Below, piece by piece: positions 49,552 to 60,104 of a DNA stretch of 64,000 nt. Source of the DNA: Massalongia carnosa. Lineage: Eukaryota. The notes beneath the pieces were generated by a model that was given only the letters and a program-made list of their open reading frames with translations, did not search any database and was not told where the DNA came from. The position numbers and the translations under genes are program-made. The DNA lies in contig OZ287078.1 of assembly GCA_965645245.1 (NCBI GenBank), forward strand, positions 1,984,001 to 2,048,000. Reading direction: 5' to 3'. How positions within the stretch are numbered: position 1 is the stretch's first letter; each line of letters opens with the position of its first letter.

Positions 49552-50773
49552 TTATGTTCTGTCAGCTTGTACATCGCTATCGAAAGGATAGGTGATCCTT
49601 ATAGTGACACTGCTCCCAGTTATCTTAACCCCTTCTGTGGCCGTACTATTTGCATGACCCATAATCACACCTCGATTGTTATCGATTTTGTCCCTAAAGT
49701 TAACATCGCCCATACGAACCGAATGTTTCTGTTGATTTTCAGCTAACTTCAAGCGCGCGAAAGAGATGTCAGACCTGGCGATCCTCTCCAGACCCCTTGG
49801 ATCGACTATCAAGATCCGATATCCATTGAACCAACTTTTGTGAAATTCTCTTGTATCCCTCTCGGTCTTCATCCTCAAACTTGCACATATCAACATGATT
49901 CGCCTGGATCGACTGTGGATCGATACCAGGCAGGCAAGCCGATTCCTTGGCCACGATAAATCCCATCTTCGTCCCTCCCTTATACATAGCATACTGTTCA
50001 AAGAAACAAGCTACTTCCACAAACTTTCTTGATTCTAAACGATCCCGTGCTTTCAGGAATTTCTGAAAGGCCTCGTTAACGCTGATAAGCTTTGCCGAAC
50101 GCTCTTCAAGATCCTTTATATCCTGCTTATGCGTGGTGCTTATCCAGCCCAATATCTGTAGAGCTCTGCTTCCCCATTTTGCTTTTGACGATCCTTCAAA
50201 GGGCGTTCCAAGGAAGACGACTCCAATCGTTCTCTCCACGAGGTTAGTGCTAGCAATGTCGGTACCATTGTGCCTTGACAACGCATTGGCGCAAACGAGA
50301 CCCCCTAGACTGTGCGAGACGAAAATAATCGGACGTTCAGCCTGGACATAGGCATCCTATTAGCGTATTTCCGGTGGAAAGACAAAGGGGTGCGCCAGTT
50401 CCTACAGTTTTCGTTTTCTCGCGAAGACCGATTAGGCTCTGGAACATTGCAGTTGCGTGATCATCAATAGCTAAATGCTCCGGGATGGATTTCGGCCCAA
50501 CAAACGGATAGAAGTGAGCAAAGTCCGCGTTGTACCCAAAAGAAAGGATGCGAGTTGTTGGGCAGGCTTGAGGTAAGAGATCTTGCGGCCATAACAGCGA
50601 TCTATCGCGTCCCTCCCATGTCCAGGTTTTCACTCTGTTACCGCCGAGCCCGTGGACGAAGACAATGCTGTATGGTCAGTACCAAGCAACCCGGACGAGA
50701 CATCTGGTGCGTACTCTATATTCGCGTCTGGAGAATCAAAGAGGGGGTCGCCTAATCCGTACGGTTCGGCCAT
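49552..50773 (-). CDS. SesB-like alpha/beta-hydrolase with C-terminal N/G-rich candidate amyloid motif (4 exons, ~354 aa)
   Basis: Exons 50773-50715, 50667-50406, 50341-49775 and 49728-49552 splice in frame; DIVFVHGLGG, LWPQDLLP, RILSFGYNA, RPIIFVSHSLGG, VVFLGTPFEGS, ANHVDMCKF. Confidence 0.87.
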
Positions 50774-51618
50774 GCTGGCGTTGTCATCGCAACAAGGAGG
50801 AGTCGTGTACTCCGCAGTAATCGTTGGCTAGTCTCTCGCTTACCTCGGCCGACTCGAGGCGTTCGCCTCTAGTCGGGGAAAGCAAAGTTCGTCTTTTCAA
50901 CTTTTACACGCAAAAAATCAATCAAATAACGATGGGAATTTTTTTCTACAAAGATCAAGCATGAAAAATGTTATAATAATAGTTATACTAATAATAACCC
51001 AACTGCTCCTGAATATCATCCTCGTCGCTGTCGTCGACATCGTCGCCTACTTCCTCTTCTATTTCAAAGGCAACGAAGTCTTTTTGTAGACGAATAGAAT
51101 CACCTTCACCTATAAATCGTAGATTTTGATCACCTACAGTATCCATGATAAAGACTGTCTCTGTCTTTTCCTCTTCATCATGAATATATGAGTATCTTTT
51201 ACTCCTTTCTTCGTCTTTTTTTTGGTCTCTTCCGTCTGCCAAGTAATATCGCTGGCCTTCCAAATGGCCTCAGGATCATCAATGGGATTCAACATTTCAT
51301 CGGATATGCTAACTCCCTGTTTTGCGAGGTCTTTAACATGTTTTATTCTGATCTTTTCATTCTTTCGAGCGATAACACCTTCCGCGTGTACACTATCTCT
51401 TTTTATTCGCCATATTCTCATGAAGTTGTTGTGTTCTCGTTTCTTTTCTATCTGCTCATCTTTTTGCTGTCTTTCAGCAATTGCTCGTTGCGCATCCTCC
51501 TTCGTGAGTCCTAATCCTCCGTCTGTCGAGTAATTAGGTCTTAATCGCTTGCGAGAAGTTGCTCTTTGTAGTAATTCATTGCTTCTTCGCTCATGATGAA
51601 GTGATAATTCGAAGTTCG

Positions 51619-52041
51619 TGTCAGGGGAGGGCTAGAGAGATACAAGACTCTATCTTGCAGAACGGATATCTAGATATGCTAAAACTAGAAGTTGAGAATA
51701 ATACACAAGACGTCCGATGAAGAGCTCTAAACACCTGGGAAACCACATAGACTTTATAGCCATAGCTTTCAACTCTCCTATTCTCGACTTGCCCGTCTCT
51801 GTTCCTGTACTAATTTCCTTAACATGATTGCTTTGACCTATCCCGCCTTTATCTGTGCTGAAGCACTCTCAGTCATAAGCCTGGATAGTGGAGACGTTGA
51901 GATTGGATGCGGATTGTAGGAGATTGATAGTGCGCTGAGGGCGGCAGAAGAACGCCTGAGCACGATGGATGACAGCAATGGGCCCTGTTAAATACTAACC
52001 CGATCAGGACAAGCGGGAGGGTGCGAAGCGATTCCGTGACA
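51619..52041 (-). mobile_element. Solo LTR (423 bp)
   Basis: TGTCA...TGACA; TSD GTTCG; related to and inverted relative to 52978-53467. Confidence 0.9.
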
Positions 52042-52977
52042 GTTCGTAAGTGTCGATTTGGCAACAACTTCCTTCATATTACTCACGAATTTCTCTAACT
52101 CATGTTCCCGGACTGGATCACTCCATTGTGTATTATCGCGAATTTTGGGTAGCAATTCAAGTAATCCTCTTTCAACATCATCAAACTTTTTAGGTTGAAT
52201 TCGTGGCAATGTTGGGAGAGATAATGTTGAAAAAGAAGAAGAATTATTCTCACTTTGCGAAGGTACAAACCTCTTTAGCTGTTCAGTACATTTCTTCTCA
52301 TTAATAGGCCATATTCCAGATTTTTCAAAGGCAGATTCAATAGTGGATTTCTTGAATGTGTTATCTCGTATTTTGGTGAGATCTTGACAAAATCGAGTTA
52401 TTGTATACTCTACATTGAACTCAGCAATCGCATCTTGAATTGCCACATCATGCCAATATTTATAAAGTTGAAACACTCCTACATCAAGCGGTTGCATACA
52501 ATGCGTCAAGTGTGATATTAAAGGATAAGAATGTATCCAGTTTTCATTGGCAAGCTTGATGAATTCAGGAGTAACATGACTACCGTGATTATCCATGAGC
52601 ATCAACCTCTAATCACTCTCAGATCCTGCATCAGACTTTTCAATGTAATGTTGCAGATATGCAATCGCTATTTTATCCGATGTGAATCTATTTTCTGACG
52701 AAACAATTCGAGTCTCTTTAGGCAGTTCGTCTGCAAACCAATTGCTCATCATATCATGACCTTGTATGACAAGTAAAGGAGGTGGCGGATAATCACCGGC
52801 GGCGTTTATATTCTCGAAATGGTGATAGATTTTCTATTCTCAGGACTAATAGAATAATACTCCTTTACGTCTGTTGGAACCAAAATTTCATGTCCCTTCA
52901 TGCAGCCAACTCGAAAACCAGCCTTATCAAAATTGATGATATTTCGTTTATTCTTGAAATTCAGCTCTCGAAGAACC

Positions 52978-53467
52978 TGTCATGGAATTACCTCGCACCC
53001 TCCCACGTTTCCTGATCGGGTTAGTATTTAACAGGCTCTCTTGCCGTGAAACCTGCCCTGCATGTTGAATAGAACCGTGGCCCGTTATTCCGAACTATCC
53101 TGAAACCTCGCCCCATGTGTTCAGACGTTCTTCCGCTGCCTTCAGTGCACTCCCAAACTCTTATATCCCGAATCCAATCTCAACGTCTCCACTATCCAAG
53201 CCTACGACTGGGATTGCCCAGCAGAGAGAGATTGCTTCGGCATGGAGAAAGGCGGAACAGGTCAAAGCGATCATGGTTAGGAAATTAGAACAGGAACAGA
53301 GATGAGGGCAAGTCAATAATAGGGGAGTTGGAAGCCATGGCTATAAAACCTATGTGGTTTCTCAGGTGTTTGGAGCTCTTCGTCGGACGTCTTGTATACT
53401 ATCCCTAGACCTAGCTTTCTAAATAGTAACTCTTGTATATCTCCCTATCTGGACCTTGTCCGTGACA
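52978..53467 (+). mobile_element. Solo LTR (490 bp)
   Basis: TGTCA...TGACA; TSD GAACC. Confidence 0.9.
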
Positions 53468-54336
53468 GAACCACCCGATAATCAGCGAACCATGCTTCAA
53501 CGTCCTTCACTTCTCCCGCCGTATAGCGAACGACTGCTAACTAGCGGTTTAGTCTTAATCTTATGTAAATTGTTGGATTTCTACCATGTTCTAAACCATC
53601 GCTTAGTAGGACCTTTATAATCAGCATTCTAACTTCGCTTGAGACTCTTCATCGCGTTGAATATCAGTTCATGCGTCGGTTGAACACCATATGTAAGTAA
53701 CGAGCGAATGAACTCATGTATTGCTTTGATCTGATGCTTCTCCAATATCTTATTATGTCCTCCTCTTTTCTCGACTTCATTCGACGCGCTGTTTTGAGCA
53801 AGTGAACTTTGTAAAGTGGTACGAGGAGTGTCAGATATGCGAGCAGCGCATATCTTGCTTTCAAGTGGATTTTCTATTAGAAACTGCTTAGCATCATTCA
53901 GACGCGTGACAGTATCATTAAAATTCATGATTATGATGATGATCAATAATGAAATAGTTGATGTAGTCAAATGCGTCGTGTTGGTGGAATGGAAATAAAA
54001 TTGCGAAAAGACGAACTTTGCTTTCCCCGACTAGAGGCGAACGCCACGAGTCGACCGAGGTAAGCTAGAGACTAGCCGACGATTACCGCCTGCATGGAGA
54101 GACCAGGCGCTTGAGCACGTGCATAGCCTTGGCTCTATCAGCCAGTCATCTATCCCGTGCCCGCATAATGGCGGGGGCCTTCCATCGGCGAGTCCGTGCC
54201 TATATTTATAGGAAAGTCTTGGGCGTCGAGTTTCTGACCGAGCCTAGGTGCGGTCCTGAGGACGGTAAAGATAGGGGGTTTCAGTCTTATTCAATACAGC
54301 CCTGAGCTCTAATGTCTACAATCTTCCGACGCAGCA

Positions 54337-57300
54337 ATGCCCGGTAACACGCTAGCAGTCTCTACAGGCGCGAAGGATTTTGGCACGATTTCTGGCAACC
54401 AAGGCGCTGTGATCGGTGACGTCTCAGGCTATGCGAAAGTGATTGGTTTGCGTCCTGTTCACATCGATATTGATCTTATGCTAAATCCTGATTAGGCTCT
54501 CAGACAAACAATATTGTTCAATATCCAGGCAAGTCGCCATTCGCAATGATATAGCGCCCTGTGAGCCAAGGCTGATAGCATTCTGCGTTTGTAGAAAGAC
54601 CCGATACCCCACCAAGCCCATCATCTGCTGTTCCTTTCCGCCGCGACCCTGATTTCGTCGATCGTGGAACGCTACTTGATCAGATCCACGAAAAGTGCTC
54701 CGCGCCAGCGTCAAGGGTAGCGCTTGTCGGCCTAGGCGGCGTTGGGTAAGCCAAAGGGCCTCAGGCTAGTTCTAATAGCTTACTTTCGCAAAGAAAGTCG
54801 CAGCTTGCCATCGAGTACTGCTATCGAATCAGAGAGCAGTTGCCGACGACGTGGGTGTTCTGGATACACGCTAGTAATGCAGCCCGTATCGAGCAAGGTT
54901 ATCGGGATGTTGCAGAGCAAGTCAAGATTCCTGGCAGGGAGGACCCAAAGGCGGACATATTCCGGCTAGTTGACAAGTGGTTACGCGACGAGAAGAACGG
55001 AAAGTGGGCTCTGGTCCTCGACAATGCCGACGAAGCTACTGTGCTTTTCGAAACTCATGCTACAGGCCAGAAGGCGCAGGATGGCGGCATTAGAAGCGGG
55101 CTCACGCAATCACTGTTAGCATATCTACCTCAGAGTCGAAACGGCTCGATTCTCATCACCTCCCGGACTAAAAGCGTGGCATTGCGGCTAGCAGAAGAAA
55201 GCGACATAATACCGGTTGAGCCGATGGACGATACACATGCGCTAGCGCTCCTTGAAAAGAAGCTGGGAGAACAGATGGACAGAGATGATACTGCTGAGCT
55301 AGCAGCAGCACTCGAATTCATGCCGCTTGCCATCGTTCAAGCGGCCGCATACATTCGACAAAGAGTACCAAGATATTCTGTGCGACAGTACATAAAAGAG
55401 TTCTATAAAAATGATAAAAGAAAGACCAGTCTGTTGAATCACGAAGCGGGACATCTTCGCAGGGACCTGGAGGCTAAAAATTCAATCATTATAACCTGGC
55501 AAATATCGTTTGATCATATTCATCAGATTAAGCCTTCGGCAGCTAATCTGCTGTCGCTTATGAGCTTTTTCGATCGACAGGGAATTCCTGAGGCTTTACT
55601 CAAGACACAAAACGAGGCAGGAAATGAAAATACGGGAGAAAATGCTGGAAATGACGAAGATGATGACCACGAAGACGATAGCGATAAGAATACCGTATCC
55701 GACTCCAACGTCGACGAGTTTGAAGCCGACATACTTGTCTTGAGAAACTTCTCGTTCATCACCATCAGCATGAATGAAGCCACCTTTGAGATGCACGGGC
55801 TAGTGCAGCTAGCGATCAGAAAGTGGCTAGAAGCATCCAATCAGCTCGAAAGATGGAAGCAGCAATACATCAAGAATCTCTGTACAGTATTTCCGACGGG
55901 AAATTACGAGAATTGGACAAAGTGTCAAGCGCTTTTTCCTCACGCAAAGTCGGCAGAAGCGCAGGAGCCAGCTGTCGAAAGCTCATTACAAGATTGGGCC
56001 TTGATACTATATCACGCTGCATGGTATGCGTGGGCGAAAGGGAGTTACGCTGAAGCAGCGACAATGGCCCTAAAAGCAACAAGAACCAGGCAAAAAGTGC
56101 TTGGTCCAGAAGATGAAGAGACATTGAATAGTATGACTATGCTAGCCTTGGCATACAAGGGACAAGGACGACGGACGAAGGCCGAAGAGCTGGAGGTGCA
56201 AGTGATGACGACGAGAAAGAGGGTGCTAGGGGCGGAGCATCCTTCCACGCTGACTATCATGGCCAATCTTGCGTCGACGTACAGGAATGAAGGACGATGG
56301 ACGGAGGCCGAAGAGCTGGAGGTGGAAGTGATGGAGACGAGAAAGAGGGTGCTAGGGGCGGAGCATCCTTCCACGCTGACTAGCATGGCCAATCTTGCGT
56401 CGACGTACAGGAATCAAGGACGATGGACGGAGGCCAAAGAGCTGCAGGTGCAAGTGATGGAGACGAGAAAGAGGGTGCCAGGGGCGGAGCATCCTTCCAC
56501 GCTGACTAGCATGGCCAATCTTGCGTCGACGTATTGGAATCAAGGACGATGGACGGAGGCCAAAGAGCTGCAGGTGCAAGTGATGGAGACGAGTGCGAGG
56601 GTGCTAGGGGCGGAGCATCCTTCCACGCTGACTATCATGGCCAATCTTGCGTCGACGTATTGGAATCAAGGACGATGGACGGAGGCCGAAGAGCTGCAGG
56701 TGCAAGTGATGGAGACGAGAAAGAGGGTGCTAGGGGCGGAGCATCCTTCCACGCTGACTAGCATGGCCAATCTTGCGTCGACGTATTGGAATCAAGGACG
56801 ATGGACGGAGGCCGAAGAGCTGCAGGTGCAAGTGATGGAGACGAGTGCGAGGGTGCTAGGGGCGGAGCATCCAGACACGCTGACTAGCATGGCCAATCTT
56901 GCATCGACGTACAGGAATCAAGGACGATGGACGGAGGCCGAAGAGCTGGAGGTGCAAGTGATGGAGACGAGTGCGAGGGTGCTAGGGGCGGAGCATCCTT
57001 CCACGCTGACTATCATGGCCAATCTTGCGTCGACGTATAGGAATCAAGGACGATGGACGGAGGCCGAAGAGCTGCAGGTGCAAGTGATGGAGACGAGTGC
57101 GAGGGTGCTAGGGGCGGAGCATCCTTCCACGCTGACTATCATGGCCAATCTTGCGTCGACGTATTGGAATCAAGGACGATGGACTGAGGCCGAAGAGCTG
57201 GAGGTGCAAGTGATGGAGACGAGAAAGAGGGTGCTAGGGGCGGAGCATCCTTCCACGCTGACTATCATGGCCAATCTTGCGTCGACGTACAGGAATCAAG

Positions 57301-57569
57301 GACGATGGACGGAGGCCGAAGAGCTGGAGGTGCAAGTGATGGAGACGAGTGTGAGGGTGCTAGGGGCGGAGCATCCAGACACGCTGACTAGCATGAATAA
57401 CCTTGCACTCACGTGGAAGTCTCAAGGCCGCAATGATGAGGCTCACTCACTGCTAAAGGAATGTTGTCAGCTACGAAAACACAAGCTGGGTCCTCAACAT
57501 CCTCATACGAAGTCTTCGCTTAAGTATCTCAATGAGTGGCAGATGGAGAGTTTATCATTGAAGTCTTAA
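54337..57569 (+). CDS. Fungal NLR: short N-terminal candidate amyloid motif, NB-ARC, TPR (4 exons, ~1022 aa)
   Basis: Exons 54337-54445, 54496-54528, 54595-54745 and 54794-57569 in frame (intron 2 GC-AG); VPFRRDPDFVDR, P-loop GLGGVGKS, WALVLDNAD, ILITSR, MPLAIVQAAAYI, MHGLVQ; ~10 TPR units. Confidence 0.92.
56163..57422 (+). repeat. Ten near-identical 126-bp TPR-coding repeats
   Basis: QGRWTEAEELxVQVMETxxRVLGAEHPxTLTxMANLASTYxN, 42-aa period. Confidence 0.95.
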
Positions 57570-57785
57570 AGCGCTTCATATAATTCAGAACTAAATCCCA
57601 TTACCCTTGAAACCTGATCTTCTGAGCGGCTGATGAACAAAACAGAATAAGAATACTACTTTTTATTTTGTCCAAAGCTGAAAGTTTAGAACATTAGTGA
57701 CAGAATGATCAAGCTCGCTGACGCACGCGACTACCCCTAGGTTTTACACTCGCCCGCGTTAGCAGAGAGGCCTAAGCGGTGCGCT

Positions 57786-58019
57786 CTAACTGTTCCAAAT
57801 AGCAGGAAGTCGTGAAACCCTCTCCCTTGAGCATTCACCTCCGCGCACTTGTCCAGCAACATCTCCACAACCTTCTTTTGGCCTAGTTAGTTCTGCTGCC
57901 CAAATTAACGCTGTCCGCCAGTGCTGATCTTGTGCCTCCAGATCTACCAATTTAGCATCCTCGATCATTCTCAGGATGACTTCGTGTTCATTGAACGCTG
58001 CAAGCCTGTTGTCATTCAT
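57786..58019 (-). pseudogene. Ankyrin-repeat fragment
   Basis: AAFNEHEVIL...VDLEAQDQHWRTALIWAAEL. Confidence 0.5.
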
Positions 58020-58194
58020 GACCGGCTGATCTTCATATCGTGATAAAGCCCGCCACAGTAAGGGAAATCATAGTCGAGGTTAATTATCTTCTCCTCGGCT
58101 TAGTTCACGGTCCCTTGACATATCTGCATCTTTACCCGAAAGTAGCATAAGTAGCATTTCGGAAATGGGCCGTCTGATGTTCAGAACCTGATGT

Positions 58195-58367
58195 TATCAA
58201 AAGGCAGTATAGCAATATATAGTCAATAGAGGATAGAACGCTTGCTTTTGTTTTATATATGTAGTCTAATACTAGGATACCGTACATTGTCTTTGAATCT
58301 AGCTATTCCCACTATATAGAACAAAAGCAAGCGTTCTATCCTCTATCTACTATACTGCCTTTTGATA
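58195..58367. repeat. Inverted pair of copia-LTR 3' fragments forming an imperfect palindrome
   Basis: TATCAAAAGGCAGTATAG...AGAGGATAGAACGCTTGCTTTTGTT and its reverse complement, both matching the 197-bp LTR. Confidence 0.85.
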
Positions 58368-59744
58368 CCAGCATCGCCGCACTGTCCAATGATCATCACC
58401 AGGTCAGAAGTGTCGAAGGCCCTGCATCGGCTCAAGCCCGATAAAGCACCGGGTCCTGACGGCATATCTAATAGAGTATTCAAGGCATGCGCGGAAAAAC
58501 TTGTTGAACTATTAACACCTCTGTTTCAGGCGTGCGTTACACTTTCGTACCATCCCCGAGCCTTCAAAATGGCAAACACAATAGCATTAAGAAAAAATAG
58601 ACAAAGGGAATTACACCGCCCCAAAGGCTTACCGACCAATTGCATTACTCAACACGCTCAGCAAAGTAATGGAATCTATCATAGGATCAAAAATATCCTA
58701 TTTAGCGGAAACACATCGGCTCCTACCCGACACACAGATGGGAGCGAGAAAGGGTAGATCTATAGAATCAGCTCTGGAGTTGTTAACGAACAGGTTCACA
58801 CGATTTGGGGACAAGGAAAAGATAAAGTAGCCACACTTTTAAGCATGGACGACGCCGGCGCGTTTGATATAGTTTCACATCAAAGACTAACGCACAATCT
58901 ATGTCAGATGGTAGGGGCTACCATCATGGGCATTCATCTAGTGCTTATCTTCGGCGACTCTACCACGGGGACCGAGATGACCTCCGGGGACCGAGATTCA
59001 GTGGACCGGCTGACTCCTTATGAAAAGGGTCGCCGAAAGGTCTCCAATGTGACTGCTATATAATGAAGTAGATAGCTCACATATAATCCATACCTTCAAT
59101 GACAATCATGCTATTATACCTACGCGTGAATTTTACTATTCATCAATCTACGTAAAAGAAAAATCCCGAAATGGATTACTGGTTGGTTAAACAGCCTTTT
59201 AAATGATTGTAGCACAACTCTAGCTATAAATCGAAAAGCGACCGGACGATTCGCGGTGAGAACCGGCATACCACAGGGCTCCCCTCTCTCATCCATCCTT
59301 TATCTATTCTATAATGCAGACCTATTGGAAATATGTGAGCGACCAGGCACAAACACAAGTGCCATAGGATTTGTAGACGATGCCAACATTTTGGCATACG
59401 GAAAAAGCACCGAAGAGAAATGCAGGACTCTGGAGTCAATAAACAGACAATGCGAAAAGTGGGCTTCCCGACACGGATCTCTATTCGCTCCGACGAAGTA
59501 CAAACTCAGTCACTTGTCTAGAAATCCCAAAAGATTCAATATGGCTGCATCTATCAACATTGCAAGCACCGAAATTGAACCAAAAACGGACATTAGAGTC
59601 TTAGGCTTGCAAATTGACACCAAATTAAAATGGGGACCGCACGTTCGCAAAACGCAAAAGAAAATGGTTAAAAAATCCATGGCATTGACAAAAATCTCCA
59701 CATCGACTTGGGGTGTCACCTTCACCAAAGCAAGGCAAGTTTAC
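58368..59744 (+). mobile_element. Tad1-like LINE RT fragment
   Basis: KAPGPDGI, YHPRAFK, TGIPQGSPLSSILYLFYNADL, GFVDD, LGLQIDTKLKW; frameshifted. Confidence 0.88.
58902..59145 (+). mobile_element. Solo LTR (244 bp) inside the LINE fragment
   Basis: TG...CA; TSD ATCTA; LINE frame LTHNL|RKRKIP rejoins; shares TGTGACTGCTATA..GTAGATAGC core with 30912-31318. Confidence 0.88.
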
Positions 59745-60005
59745 TGTTGAGTTAAATAGGTAGGTAATAGTATGTGTGGGAAGGATTGATTATTCTATCT
59801 AGGTGGCTATCTACTATGTTTATATAGCTAGATAGATGAGAGATGAATAAGATAGAGAGCAGGCACAGCGGCAGGGCAGGTTTGCCTTGAATCTCCCTGC
59901 CCTACCACCTCATTACCTAGCCGTGTGCGGATCACTTGAGACGTTATTCCCAAGCCGTTATGTTGCCGTCTGGCACGGTACATAGGATGGCTGTCTCATC
60001 TAACA
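59745..60005 (-). mobile_element. Probable solo LTR
   Basis: TGTTGA...CTAACA; reverse strand carries GCTATATAAAC..GTAGATAGCC core; flanks TTTAC/TATAT do not form a clean TSD. Confidence 0.5.
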
Positions 60006-60104
60006 TATATACTTTCGCCAGTTCGTGGAAACTACATAGAGATATCCTGGGACTCCCTAACGTGATATTCGAATTGTTTCGAAAAAAAGAAAAAAACTAT
60101 AAAA

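Larger units (their letters stand above)
50810..54090 (-). mobile_element. Decayed pogo/Fot1-like DNA transposon with ~85-bp TIRs
   Basis: TIR GTAATCG.TGGCTAGTCTCT.GCTTACCTCGG...GGGGAAAGCAAAGTTCGTC at both ends; transposase pieces GGHNKIL, MDNHGSH, MQPLDVGVF; right terminus imperfect. Confidence 0.88.
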
